In this document: positions 49,333 through 61,369 of the stretch, piece after piece
Layout of the letters: each line of letters begins with the position of its first letter
How positions within the stretch are numbered: the stretch's first letter is position 1
DNA from: Mustelus asterias
Taxonomy: Eukaryota
Assembly: GCF_964213995.1 (NCBI RefSeq)
Contig: NC_135825.1
Location: 20,646,001-20,710,000 of the forward strand
Direction: 5' to 3'
Length of the DNA stretch: 64,000 nucleotides
Notes under the pieces: model-generated
The model's input: only the letters and a program-made list of their open reading frames with translations
What the model was told of the DNA's origin: nothing
The model's database searches: none
Made by a program: the position numbers and the translations under genes

Positions 49333-52300
49333 CCCAATTTATATTGCTCTTTTCATGACTAAAGCACTTTCTGGCCAAGCAATTATTTTTGAAGTATAGT
49401 TACAGTTGCCATGTAGGAAATTGGGATATTAAACGGGGACATGTGAATCATGTTAATCTTACTTCATATGTATTTGTGCACTTCCTGTTCACCATGCTTT
49501 AAGTGTCACACACTCCTCAAATGTTTATATGACATTTAATAACACAAAGGAACAAAATCAGCCATTTCCAAAGTGCAGGAAGTTTCTCCAGGGACAGAAG
49601 ATATTGAAGTCATGATCCCTGCACACTCATCTTGATTGAACCTGTCATTAAAAAATTCTGCAGACTGAATTGTGCAAACTCACCCACACTTTGATGTTAA
49701 TTAAACTTTTGCAAGTCTTGAAGGGACATGTTTTACATTGTTCTTAGATGTCCTTATAAACAGCACATCTCAGTCTTTTGGCATGCATTGCAATAAATAT
49801 GTCTACATGTACAGAATGTAGCCACACAATCTTTTCACAACCTATCATCCCCCTATTGCACCATTCTATCAAAATAATAACCATGACATTTTCTCAGCAA
49901 CTTCACCTTCAGCCTCTGCAGCCACCCCAAAAAACAATTTAAAAGAGGGGAATACTATGAGACATCTCATCTTTAAACTCTATTTACACCCATGACTCTG
50001 GTTGCCTAATCCCAGCCACCAGAGCTTGCCCTGTCCCTTGCCCAATTCCTCCAAGCCTGGGGCTGAGCCTGCCTCCTGTATACATCTGCCAGGCAAACAA
50101 AGTTTTCAACCCAAGTAAACACACAAACAAAATAAATATTAATTTAAAAATCAGTAATCTAACAGCAGTCACTATTAAAGTTATTTGCACAAGTTTCTGT
50201 TGGTTAATATTGGAAAATTAAGAATTATTGCTTCGTCATGCACCATTTTCTTTCTCATTTGCAAATTAATGGACTTGAGGGTTTTTGGTTGTTGTTAACT
50301 TAACTTATTTTATTATTGTTAAACAGTGGTTAAGACTGGCCTGGTCCATACCAATGAGCAACCCTATAGGACATGTACTAATTATGAAAACATCCAATTA
50401 AATGTTTAGTTAGGCAGCTCTAATGCATCGAGGTTTAATTTTTGTGTTTGAAAATTACTGAATGATTGCCTCCAAAGGGTCAATGAACAAATGCACTGTT
50501 CAGAAGGATAATGATGTATACAAATCAGGAAGTCTCAGGTTTGAGCCCTGGTCTGTGCCGACTCTAACCTCAGTCAGAGTTGCTCTAAAATTGAACCTGG
50601 ATCCCAGCTTTGACAACTTATCCATGATTTCCATCGCAGAGTTGCTGCTGGAAATGCAGTATGTGCATCAATTGAATTAGGCTCGCCCATTTTGCACTGT
50701 TCACTGCCTGGACTCTCAGCTAACAATGACTATCATCTTGGGACTGTTTCCACCTGGCAGAAGCACCTACAGAACTATACCCGAGCTCGAGTCAGTGTAG
50801 TTAGAAACGGGGCGCAAGAGAAAAAACTGTCCAGCTTTTACCACTTCACAAGTTTGTTGAAATTGTGGCGTGTATAAACATTTAATTTTGCAATGGTAAT
50901 CATCAATAGCAATAATATACTCAGGCAAAAGTAATGAAAGTCACTACTTACTTAGTGGACAAGTGAATGAAATTTATCCTTTCATTGTGAAAATCATGCA
51001 ACAGTAAGAATCAGGTACAGAAACATCCAAAATTCTGGAAGACATACAATTTTATGTCATGTTTTTGGATCAGTAATTAGCCAGGGGATTGCTGGTTGTG
51101 TTCTGTACCTGAAAAAAAAATTGCACTATGATAGAAAATTGCTCAAAAGAACAAAGCTACTTGGGCTCATCTAGAATTCAATGGAATTTGGTTTAACAGC
51201 AAGATATCAAAATAATAAATGAAAGCTTCCTTTTGTTTCTGGTGGTACCTCACCAAATATAACACTGGATTTCCCAAAGTAATGTAATGTTAGATAAATC
51301 ACAGACTGCAAGGCATTGCAAGGATGGTTTAAAAATCAAACTCAAGACCTAAACTGCAGCAATTTGACAATGTCGTCTGACCTTGGTATTACTTATCTTT
51401 AGGACTAATTCCAGTCTTATTCTTTACAGCAGATACATATTTGCAATTTAGAGCCTTGTTAGATACTTTTTTTTCCAGCAATGACAGATGCAATTATAAC
51501 CAATGGATAGCAACCTTCCCCAGTTGAACAATGATTTAAAATGGTGATAGTCTTTTCCCAGTGATTATATCTTTCATTTCAATTTTGTGATCTGACCTTT
51601 CTGCAGCATGGTATGACCAAAATAGACAAAAAAAAAATCTATTTTAATCATGGAAGGGCAAACCAATTTCTACTTACCCTACTCTGTATGGACAAGGCAG
51701 TTTCACAAGAAAAGACATGCAACATTAGATGAATCAAATGTGCTCTTCTTACCAAACTAGTACAATTATCCTTGTGGTCAAAGATTAATGAGCCATTTTG
51801 GTCTTGTGAGCAGCTTATAAAACTGCATCAGGCTGCAAATAGGAGGTTGTTGGCCATTTCAATCCACCCACATTTAAAACAGTTTACTGATGGGGAAATT
51901 ATACATTGTGAGCAATGTAATCACAATACATAAGAACTGATTCCACCATAAAACAAGAAGCAAAGAAAGAAAATCGTGCATATTCTTTCCAAACAGGGCA
52001 TGCCAATCTTATGTCTTTTGGAAATGAATTAGGACAATTCTTACTTTGAAGATAAGGCTTTATGAAAAGTCTCCTTGTTCCCGAATAATCTAGTGCAAAT
52101 CCAGCTGATCAATATTTAATAAATCAAGCCTGTTTATATAGTTGCATGGTCTAAACAGCATAGAGACCACAATATATAAAGGGAGTGGGAGGAAATTAGA
52201 AACTGATTTCATAAAAATCATTCATAAAAATGGCCATAATTGGCTAGTGCTATTCAAAAGTCAAAAGCAACTAATTTCAGATTTTGGTTTCAGAGTCTTA

Positions 52301-52451
52301 TAGTGAGTGTAGTTAACTTCTTTCAAATTATTCACAAACCACATCCCCTATCTTTGTTGATATTGTGGCTGTTGCAGGCATATGACTTGGGTGATTGAGC
52401 AGCAGTGATTTTTCATTCTTCCTTTGTACGCATTATCCATAATGCACTTAC

Positions 52452-52659
52452 CAGATTTAATAGGACAATCTTTGAGGGGCATTTCTCCATTACGAAGATC
52501 GAGGCTAGATGGAGGAAATCCCACCATGATTTTCTGCAGTGCACATGGAATTCCAGTCAGTTCTTCCACTTTATCTTTCAATTCTTGAGCACAGGATTCT
52601 GAAGTCAGCCCTTGCATCAGGTGAGTTCCATTCTTTGCTTTACATCGTAGGCGTAGCAT
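52452..52659 (-). CDS. YOD1: YOD1, coding exon 1: ubiquitin-like/UBX domain
   Basis: MLRLRCKAKNGTHLMQGL...LTGIP...IMVGFPP...PIKSG|gtaagt. Joins exon 2 in frame (SG-DTLIVEE). Total 912 nt = 303 aa. Confidence 0.95.
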
Positions 52660-52814
52660 TGTATTCTAGAAATGACAATGTGAATGGTTGAGAATGTGCA
52701 ATGAAGTATCCATCTTATAACATGCTTCAATACCTTCTACATGATGTGATCTTTCTTTTTATCATCTACACATTTACATTATCTGAATTAGACACTAGAA
52801 AATAATCTAGAAGG

Positions 52815-52960
52815 TTTGCTGAAAAAAGACATGCTGTCAACGCTTTTCATCTTACATTCATCAGCACCTTCTCCCATTCAGTTCCCTTTAAGATTTGGTA
52901 TTCTTGTGAATCAGTCCTGATGTGTGCAAGATGAAAAGCTTCAAAAAGCTTTTTGTAGCA
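52815..52960. mobile_element. Third Penelope-like short inverted repeat with degenerate hammerhead cores
   Basis: gcttttcatcttacattcatcagcac is the inverted copy of gtcctgatgtgtgcaagatgaaaagc. Confidence 0.45.
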
Positions 52961-53499
52961 CCAACCAAATAAACTAGAAGTTATTTAAACTACATCTCAC
53001 TATGTATCAAATAATCCAAATTATCTTTTGGGTCCATGGTTAAAATTGAAATAATCCACTTGCCAGATTTTCTGATGATGAATATAAACAATCAAATTTT
53101 GCTTCTTTTTAGAGTCAGAGCTTTACAGCAAAGGAAGAGGCCTTTTGACTCATCGTGTCTGGGCTGGCCATCAAGCACTAATCTTTTTTAATCTCATTTT
53201 CCAGCACTTAGTCCATAGCCTTCTCCAATTTAAGCAAGAACTCAAATCACTGGAATCACAGCTATAAGCTGACATTTCCTCTGCACTAAATAATTATTTT
53301 AACAGCCTACCATCATGACCAGGGTGAGAAGGTGATCAAACGTTACTGGATCCAGAGGCCAACTAGTGCTTGGGTTATTCTTGTCCTCTCCTATTTCTGA
53401 TTTGTATGTTGCCCCTTGGTGACAGGATCCAAAAGCACAGCATTAGTTTTCACATGCATATGTTAACAACACCCAGCTCTACCTCACCATCACCTCTAC

Positions 53500-54205
53500 T
53501 GCTAAATTATCAGCCTGAATAAAATTGAAGTAAATGGAAATCAGGGATAATATGCTTCACTGGTTGGAGCCACACCTAGAATAATGGAAGAGGGTTGTGG
53601 TTTTTGAAGACCAACCATCTCAGCAGGACATCACTACAGGAGTTGGGCGGCACGGTAGCACAGTGGTTAGCACTGCTGCTTCACAGCTCCAGGGACCTGG
53701 GTTCGATTCCCGGCATGGGTCACTGTCTGTGTGGAGTTTGCACATTCTCCTCATGTCTGCGTGGGTTTCCTCCGGGTGCTCCGGTTTCCTCCCACAGTCC
53801 AAAGATGTGTGGGTTAGCTTGATTGGCCATGCTAAAAATTGCCCTTAGTGTCCTGAGATACGTAGGTTAGAGGGATTAGTAGGTAAAATATGTAGGGATA
53901 TGGCGGTAGGGCCTGGGTGGGTTTGTGGTCGATGGGCCGAATGGCCTCTTTCTGTACCATAGGGTTTCTATGGAGTTCCTCAGGATCAGTGACCTTCGTC
54001 CAACTATCTTCAACTTCTTTAATAACTTTCCCCCCATCTTAAGGTCAGAACCTGGGATATTCGCTAATGATTGCATTGTGTTCAATTCCATTCACAGTTC
54101 CTCAGATAATGAAGCAAGCAGTTTGTGCCTGCTTGCAATATAATCTGGAAAATAATCAGTGGTAAGCAACATTTGTGCCACATCACTGTTAGACAATGAT
54201 CATCC
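53500..54205 (+). mobile_element. Old LINE RT remnant with a nested HE1 SINE (53645-53972)
   Basis: RT-like GIFANDC (FADD motif) and ggagttcctcaggatcagtg. A well-preserved HE1 splits ...actacaggagtt / ggagttcctcagg. Confidence 0.75.
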
Positions 54206-54380
54206 CAGTACTGAGGGGGGTGCTGCAATGTTGCAGGTGTCATCTGTGAAATGAGACATTACACCAAGGCCTATCTACCCTCAAGTGGATACAAACGATC
54301 CTATGGCATTATTTTGAAGAGCAGGGTCATTCTCCCATGTTCTGACCAATATCCATCTACATCACAAACACAGATTACCT
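54205..54380 (+). mobile_element. DeuSINE core
   Basis: cagtactgagggg.gtgctgcaatgttgcaggtgtcatct...tgagacatt...ggtggata...gatcctatggcattattttgaagagcaggg. Confidence 0.7.
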
Positions 54381-54732
54381 TATGTTTGGGCCCATGTGAT
54401 GCAAGTGACATGCAATTGAGGCTTGCCATTAAATTCAGCCAAGATTTTCTCCCAGACGGATTGGCCATTCACTGGCCCAGAAGATAAAATCAACCCCAAA
54501 GATAGAACAGTAACTTTCAAAAATAAGTTACAAAAGGCTCTGAGCGAGTAAAGCAGAAACCTTTATTTAAAAATACTCTAATAGGTACTTTGAAGTTCAA
54601 CTCTTAAGAGGAAAAGGGCACAACAGTTGGCCTGATTATACTTTAAAGGGGAGTGATAGCTGTGTAGCAACTTCAATATTATCTGTTTTATTACAGCAAG
54701 TGACTAATAAAAATGCCAGAGTTATCCTGATA

Positions 54733-54922
54733 TTCGTGTCTGCATGGGTTTCTTCCGGATGCTACAGTATCCTCCCACAGTCTAAAAGTCATGCTGATTA
54801 GGTGCATTGACCATGTTAAATTCTCCCTCAGCGTACCCGAACAAGCGCCAGAGCGTGGTGATGAGGGGATTTTCACAGCAACTTCATTGCAGTGTTACCC
54901 CACTTGTGACACTAATAAACTA
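54733..54922 (+). mobile_element. V-SINE type B, 5'-truncated
   Basis: V-domain plus tail gattttcacagcaacttcattgcagtgtta...cttgtgacactaataaac. Confidence 0.8.
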
Positions 54923-55039
54923 AAAATTCATAAATGTTCATAAGGTGCAAAAACATAATACCAGAAATGAGGGTAAATGTGTTAAGAAAGGCTGAACACA
55001 GTTCCAGAGAAAAGAACTCGATTTGAAGTGAAAGTTCAC

Positions 55040-56790
55040 CCAACAAACATCCAAGATCATGAAAACATTTGATAGGATAGATGTAATGAAGATGTTTTAC
55101 TTGTGGGGGAGACTAATATTTTGGGCAACAAACATAAGGGAGTTGCCAATAAATCCAATAAGGAATGTTGGATAATTTCTTAGCATCAGTATTTACCGTA
55201 AAGAGGCCAGGATGCCAGAAATTCCATGGAAACTAATATTGAAATCAAGGAAAGAGACTCATCAAAACGAACATAAGCAAAATAACAGTCAAAAAGAAAA
55301 TAATGGCACAAATTTTCGGGACCAGATAGTTTTCATTCAAGAATCTAAATGAGAACATTGGAAGATTATAGTTAAAGGAATCTGCAAAGCGCTCTCAATT
55401 CAGGAATAATTCCTTTAGATTGGAAAATTGCATATGTTGCACTGATATTCAAGAGAAGTGCAAGGGGAAAACCAGGGAATTATGGATCAGCTATCCTAAC
55501 ACAGTATCTCTGGAAATTACTAGGGTATTTTAAATAAAGATAGGGCATTGGCAATTGAATACCTTGAAAGTTTTTAGCTAACCAACAGGAGCCAACATGG
55601 ATTTATAAATGGGAAGCCTGATGAACTTGATCAGATCTTCCGATGAAGTAGTGATAAGAGGAACGTTATTTATGTGCAGTTTCAGAAGCTATCTCCTAAT
55701 CCCTCAAGAGAGGCTGCTGGCTAAAGTTGAAAGCCATGGAATTGAAATGATCAACTTGGCAAGGAATGGCAGGAGGCAGAGTAGGAACAATGGATGCCTA
55801 CTTCTGACTGACAGGATATGACTCATGGTGATCCCGCAAGCATCTGTGTTGTGGCCTCAACTATTCAATGTATTTATTAATGATACAGGTGAAATAGAAA
55901 TTTGCATATCCAAGTTTGTCAATGACGATAGGTGGCAGAGATTAAGTGAATGGATAAAACTATGGCAAATGGACTAGACAAACTAGAGTCCTACTCCCTG
56001 CAATTTAGTGGGTTAAAGGTTGATTTGATCAGCTTTTAAGATAGTGAGAACAGATAAAGCAATAGAGAAAAACTATTTGTGGTGGTTCAGGAGTTGTCTT
56101 TCAGAGTGAAATGAGACAACACTTATTCATTTAAAAGGTACAAGTTCAGTAACTGTCTTCCAGAAATGGTAGTTGATTGTAGCTCAATTATAAATTTTAA
56201 AATGAGGGGATAGATTTTTTAAAAAGGTGCTAAAGAATATGGGGCTAAGACAAGTATTTAGGATTTGGGTGGCACAGTGGTTAGCACTGGGTTCGATTCC
56301 TGGCTTGAGTCACTGTCTGTGTGGACCTTGCACATTCTCCGTGTCTGCGTGGGTTCCCTCCCACAGTCCAAAGATGTGCAGGTTAGGTGGAGTGGCTATG
56401 CTAAATTGCCCCTTAGCGCCAGGGGGACTAGCTGGGGTTGTGGGATGGGGCCTGGGTGGGATTGTGGTCGGTGCAGACTCGATGGGTCGAGTGGCTTCCT
56501 TCTCCACTGTGGGATTCTATGGTTACATTATTGATCAGTGATGGTCTCACTGAAATGGTAGAAAATGTTCAAGACCAAACCCTACTCCAAATTCAGGAGA
56601 AACTTCTATCTAAAAGAACTCAGAACTTGCTACGACAAGTAGTTGAAGAAAATCGCATAGTTTTGGAAGAAGCTAGATCAGCACCAGAGGGCGCAAGAAA
56701 TGGAAGAATATGTTGAAAGAGAGAGGGAAGGGGCCAATGTGGAGCATAAATGCCAGCGTGATCAGACCTGTTTCTGTACTGTATATTGTA
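55040..56790 (+). mobile_element. Decayed CR1 fragments with a nested HE1 SINE (56267-56522)
   Basis: RT remnants (gattggaaaattgcatatgtt..., tatttattaatga..., tatccaagtttgtcaatgac) and an HE1 head, V-domain and tail. Confidence 0.6.
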
Positions 56791-56974
56791 TCTTTTTGTC
56801 AGTTGCCTGAAAACACTCCTTTACAAGTAGTAAGTACTGAAGTTGGATGTCTACTTCCCCATTTTGTTGTGTATTTTATAATTAATCATTTTATTAGATA
56901 GAGCAAGAATTACTTTTATAAACCCATGATGAAAGAACAGCAAGTTAAGTTTGAGAGTTGGCACTCCTACGGGG

Positions 56975-57312
56975 AGACCAAGGCATTGTGGTAATGTTAC
57001 TGGATTAGTAATCCAGAAACTCTGGGGAATGCAGGTTAAAATCCTATGACGAAAGCTGGTGGAATTTAAATTCAATTTTAAGAAGAAAGCTAGTCAATTG
57101 AAACTATCAATTGTTGTAAAAATCCATCTGATTCACTTATATCTTTTAGGAAAGGAAATCTGCCGTCCTTGCTTGATCTGGTCTATGTGTGTTTCCAGAT
57201 CCACAGCAAGATAGGCGACTCAAATGGCCTTGTAAGTCACTTAGTTCAAAGGCAAACTTGTCGAGTGACAAGCGCTGGCCTTGCCAGCAACACCCACATC
57301 CCATTAAAGATT
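56975..57312 (+). mobile_element. tRNA-headed shark SINE
   Basis: gtggtaatgttactggattagtaatccaga...aggaaaggaaatctgccgtcctt...gctggccttgccagcaacacccacatccc. Confidence 0.75.
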
Positions 57313-57720
57313 AGAGGAAAAAAAAACATGGGCATCAAAAATTTTTTTAAAAAATAAGTAAAAAGAATAGCATAGAATCGCAAACATTTTCCTTCTCTTT
57401 AATAAATTAAATACTTAAGTGGGCCATTCTCATCATGCTCAAAACAAATAAACCATACATTAGACACTTGCGACTAATACTTAATTACAGGAGACTGAGA
57501 AAAACTAGACAAGGCGGCCAAGAAACAGGTCAGATGGAATGTGCCTCACCTATGTCAATTGATGGAAATAATGTAGAACAACCATTATTCCTTATCTTGT
57601 AGTCTGTGTCATTGTTCCAGGGGTCAAAATATTCTCCCTCCCCTCCCCCACCAAGGGCTCTCTGAAGATTTTGTTTTGTGAGGGCTTTTAAAAAAATTCT
57701 CATGAATATGATAATCCTCA

Positions 57721-58017
57721 ATCCTGATTGTGGAAGGAGGACAGAAATGTTACCGGTTCGCCTCTAACACCTGCCCTCATATCCACAACATCACCCGGAA
57801 AGTAACAAGCAGAAAATACCCCAAGCTAAAAAAGGTTTATCATGAGTTGGGTGGAGTTGCTGTTTGGGAAAATGTTGACTCTACAGCAGAAACCTGTCCC
57901 AAACGTGAACATCCTTGAGCATATTTCATGCAAATACAAACCAGATCTGCTAATGAACCTATGATTACATTTTACAAGTGCTGCAATCCAGGATGTGCGC
58001 ATCACTTAAGGGATTAA
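57721..58017 (+). pseudogene. POLR3K: Processed pseudogene of RNA polymerase III subunit RPC10/C11
   Basis: ILIVEGGQKCYRFASNTCPHIHNITRKVTSRKYPKLKKVYHELGGVAVWENVDSTAETCPKREHP*AYFMQIQTRSANEPMITFYKCCNPGCAHHLRD* aligns without gaps to POLR3K. Intronless, lacks the first ~10 codons, in-frame TGA at 57916. Confidence 0.95.
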
Positions 58018-58266
58018 GTTTCTTGCACAGAATCCAAACAATTATGAATGCATGTCAACTAATGACGATAGAGCTGTACTATATTGAAATTGCTGGATTT
58101 GTAACTTCTTAAAAATTCATTTGTGGGACACAGGTATCACTGGTTGGCCAGCATTCATTGGGCATCCCTCGTTGTCCTTGAAAAGATGGCAGTAGTGAGC
58201 CGCTTTCTTGAATCGCTGCAGTCCATGTGCTGTGGGTTGACCCACAATGCCGAGGAGGCACTTATG

Positions 58267-58592
58267 GGGAAGCGATGGCCTAGTAGTTTATCGCTAGACT
58301 ATTAATCCAGAAACTCAGCTAATGTTTTGGGAACCTGGGTTTGAATCCCACCACGACAGATGGTGGAATTTGAATTCAATAAAAAAGCTATCTGGAATTA
58401 AGAATCTACTAATGACCATGAAACTATTGTCGATTGTCAGAAAAACCCATCTGGTTCACTAATGTCCTTTAGTGAAGGAAATTTGCCATCCTTACCTGGT
58501 CTGGCCTACATGTGACTTGAGTCAAAGCAATGTGGTTGACTCTCAACTGCCTTCTGAAATGGCCAAGCAAGCCACTCAGTTGTATCAATCGC
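58267..58592 (+). mobile_element. tRNA-headed shark SINE / LINE 5' region
   Basis: tggcctagtag...ggtttgaatcccaccac (A/B boxes)...aaaacccatctggttcactaatgtccttt...aagccactcagttgta. Confidence 0.75.
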
Positions 58593-58759
58593 TACAAAGT
58601 CTCATCTAGTATATTTCGTTTCATTTTTTCTCACTAGAAAAGATTTAATCAAGCTGCAGTGGAATTTAGACATGGTTAATTACGTACAGGCTGTAATAGA
58701 TGGTAGAAATTTATTGCCACTAACATTCGAAAATGCTTTCTGAATGTATATTAAGTGTC

Positions 58760-59090
58760 AAAAAACCCACTTTATCCCTATAACCCTCGATTCTTTTACT
58801 GATTAAAAATTTGTCTATCTCAACCTTGAACATACTTAACGACCCAGCCTCTACAATAAATAATTCCACAGATTCACGACTCTCAGAAATTCCTCATCTG
58901 TCTTAAATGGGCAATCCCTTACTCCGAGATTATGCCCTCTGGTCCTAGACTCTCCCACAAGGGGAAACAACCTCTCAGCATCTACCCTCAAGAATCCCGT
59001 ATGTTTCAATATGGTCACATCTCATTCTTCTAAACTCCAGTCAGTACAGTCCCAACCTCTCCTTCGTAAGAAAATCCCTCCATATTCAGG
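58760..59090 (-). mobile_element. CR1 3' fragment
   Basis: tctatctcaaccttgaacatact...ttccacagattcac...tatgccctctggtcctagactctcccacaaggggaaac. Confidence 0.7.
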
Positions 59091-60101
59091 ATACAATACT
59101 TTTTAAAAGTACTTAATTTGCTATAAAATGCTTTAGGATATTCCCAGGTTGTAAAAGGCAATGTAAATTCAAATTCTCTCTTCAGCAACAGGAATTATTT
59201 AAACATTATTACAGTACTGTTACATAATTTATCTGCTTTATTCAACAAACATTAATGCTTGTAAGATCAACAGAGCTGCCCGGAAATCTGCTCCACCAGA
59301 GAAATTAAATTTGCTTCTCAACACATTTAAAATAATATTTTAAAAAATGAGCGGCAAATATTATGTAATCAAGCATAAATTTTAGTCAAGTTTCACAACA
59401 TTGAGACAAACCCAGGTTGCACCTGGACCTTGAGAAGAGTCATTCATTCACTCATCTCAATTTAATCTCCTGTAAACGACTGTAGTGGATGCAGTGTATT
59501 GTCAAATGGTTGCAAATGTCGCTTCTCTTACACGCGAAACCTAAACGTTAGCGGGTTGCAGTCATGGTAGGCATAATTAAGCAACCACTATTCCAGTTTT
59601 GATCCCTGACAACATACTGCTACAATGGTTGTTCCTTTGTTCATTTCCAGTCTACCATATTAATCGTACGATTTTAAAAGGCACTAAAACTGTTATGCCC
59701 ATTATAAATTAAAGCTCGCGCTAACTTTTCATTGGATCATCCCCCCCCCCCCAATTAATTATTTTTTGCCCCATCCATACATTTCGCCAAATTTCCATTC
59801 ATGAACATAGCTGCTCACTACACACTTTTAAACAGAATTATTTTTCCCATAAAACCGTGACCAGCAGAATCGACCCTATCCTCCCCAGCGAAGTCCTACT
59901 GTTCATTGCCTCAATCCCCAGATAAGACTGCTTTTTTGCAAGTGAGATGCTCGGTCTCAATGGTAACCGGGCCTGGTGAATCACCAGCCCAACAACCCAC
60001 CCAATTTTAATTAATTAACTACTCTTGACGGGGGTGGGGAAACCCGAGCAGGCTCAAATACCCCCCCAACAACCTCCCTTGACTAGGTTTCACACATTTA
60101 C

Positions 60102-60210
60102 CGATGATAAAGGGCAACGACCGAAATTACGCTGCAAACAAGCTGGCAAACACTCACTCTCTCTCCCCGGACAGGTCTAGCGCCTCCTTGTCACTGCGCA
60201 CGCGCCTGAC
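60102..60210 (-). other. YOD1: Putative non-coding first exon of YOD1
   Basis: Candidate donors aga|gtgagtg (60158/60157) or tcg|gtaaat (60102/60101). The YOD1 ATG has an acceptor tcatttctag only 6 nt upstream (52666), which implies an upstream exon. Confidence 0.5.
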
Positions 60211-60432
60211 ATCACAAAGCCCGAAGCCTCTAGCACGTTGGTCGCCACCCCACCCCCACCCAGGTGGTATCATCCGGCCTCCCCCCTCTCTGTCCGAATG
60301 GTTTCAACCCCCACTTCTCTCTCTTTCTCACTATTTCAGACCCGCCCCCCTCTCACAAATGACCACGCCCCCTTCCCCCACGCGGGGTGCGGAGACGAGA
60401 CGCGCCGACGTCACAATTGTGTGACGTCACGA

Positions 60433-60502
60433 GGCCGGTGGCGGCGGCGGTTGCTGCTGTTGCCTCGGACGTTGGGCAAGATGTCGCTGTCGGTGAGGAA
60501 AG
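60433..60502 (+). other. First exon of a divergent plus-strand gene (PFKFB2 expected by synteny; possible start MSLSVRK at 60481)
   Basis: GC-rich leader, gcaagATG and consensus donor AAG|gtaag at 60502/60503. Identity rests only on the C1orf116-YOD1-PFKFB2 gene order in other vertebrates. Confidence 0.55.
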
Positions 60503-60809
60503 GTAAGCCCGGGGAAAGGTGGTGTGTGGGTATGACGGCGGGGTGGAAATCGGGGTGACCGGCTGGGGGAGACTGTTGGTCAGGTTAACCCGTCTTCCAA
60601 GGGCTGTCAGATTTGCAGTTGAGTCTCCCTGACGAAAGGTGGCTGATGCAAGGTTACCATAAACTTGGGTGGGTGTTTGATTTATGCATTCAGTACAATT
60701 CCACCCCCCCCCCCCTTTCATTTAAAAATAACCGTCTTTACCCCCAAATCCGCTCGCAGTTAATGGAGCAATCTATGCGTGAGGTTAAAATGCCGCCTTC
60801 GTCGAATCT

Positions 60810-61070
60810 CCAAATGAAATACCTGAGGGTGCTGGAAATTTCTGAGATAAAAACAGACATTGCTGGAAAATACTCGGCAGGCCTGGCAGCATCTGTGGGA
60901 CTGTTGGACTTTAACCTGGTGTTGTAAGACTTCTTACTGTGTTTACCCCAGTCCAACGCCGGCATCTCCACAGCATCTGTGGGGACAGGAACAGAGGCAG
61001 CGTTTCAGATCGGTGACCTTCCATCAGAACCTTATCAGATGGCGAAAGGTCATCCATCTGAAATTCCAAC
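60810..61070. mobile_element. Penelope-derived short repeat with a nested Penelope-terminus insertion (60900-60970)
   Basis: Nested piece flanked by a 13-bp direct repeat cagcatctgtggg (60887-60899, 60971-60983). Degenerate hammerhead on minus at ~60997-61030. Confidence 0.7.
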
Positions 61071-61111
61071 TGACATGGAAAGATTTGAAGGTTTATGAGG
61101 AGGAGAAGGAG

Positions 61112-61168
61112 GTGGGGGTGGGGGTTGTGGGAGGAGGTGGGGGTTGTGGGAGGAGGTGGGGGTTGTGG
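61112..61168 (+). repeat. G-rich tandem repeat (ggtgggggttgtgggagga x ~2.7)
   Basis: Directly visible 19-bp unit. Confidence 0.8.
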
Positions 61169-61369
61169 AATGAGCTGAATTGCAGCTGGCCCAAGTGTCC
61201 TTCCTCTTTATAACCGGTCTATGATTCTAGGAATTATTCCCCCCCCCCCCCCGTCAATCCTAAATGGCTGACCCCTTATCCTTGAGATTGGAAATCCCAG
61301 TTCTGTACATTGTAGTGATAGCGAACCATCTTTTCTGCATTTCTTCTCCGGATTTTGTGTTTCAATAAA

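Larger units (their letters stand above)
60100..60600. promoter_or_regulatory. CpG island / bidirectional promoter (YOD1 on minus, divergent gene on plus)
   Basis: Only non-repeat CpG-dense island in the window. NRF1-like tgcgcacgcgc (~60196), GC boxes (60341, 60363), paired CRE sites gacgtcac / gtgacgtcac (60407-60430). Splice donors face outward on both strands. Confidence 0.8.

Noticed and set aside
53645-53720. tRNA-like sequences (A/B boxes) here and at other SINE heads
   Set aside because: They continue into the V-domain and LINE tail, so they are SINE heads and not tRNA genes.
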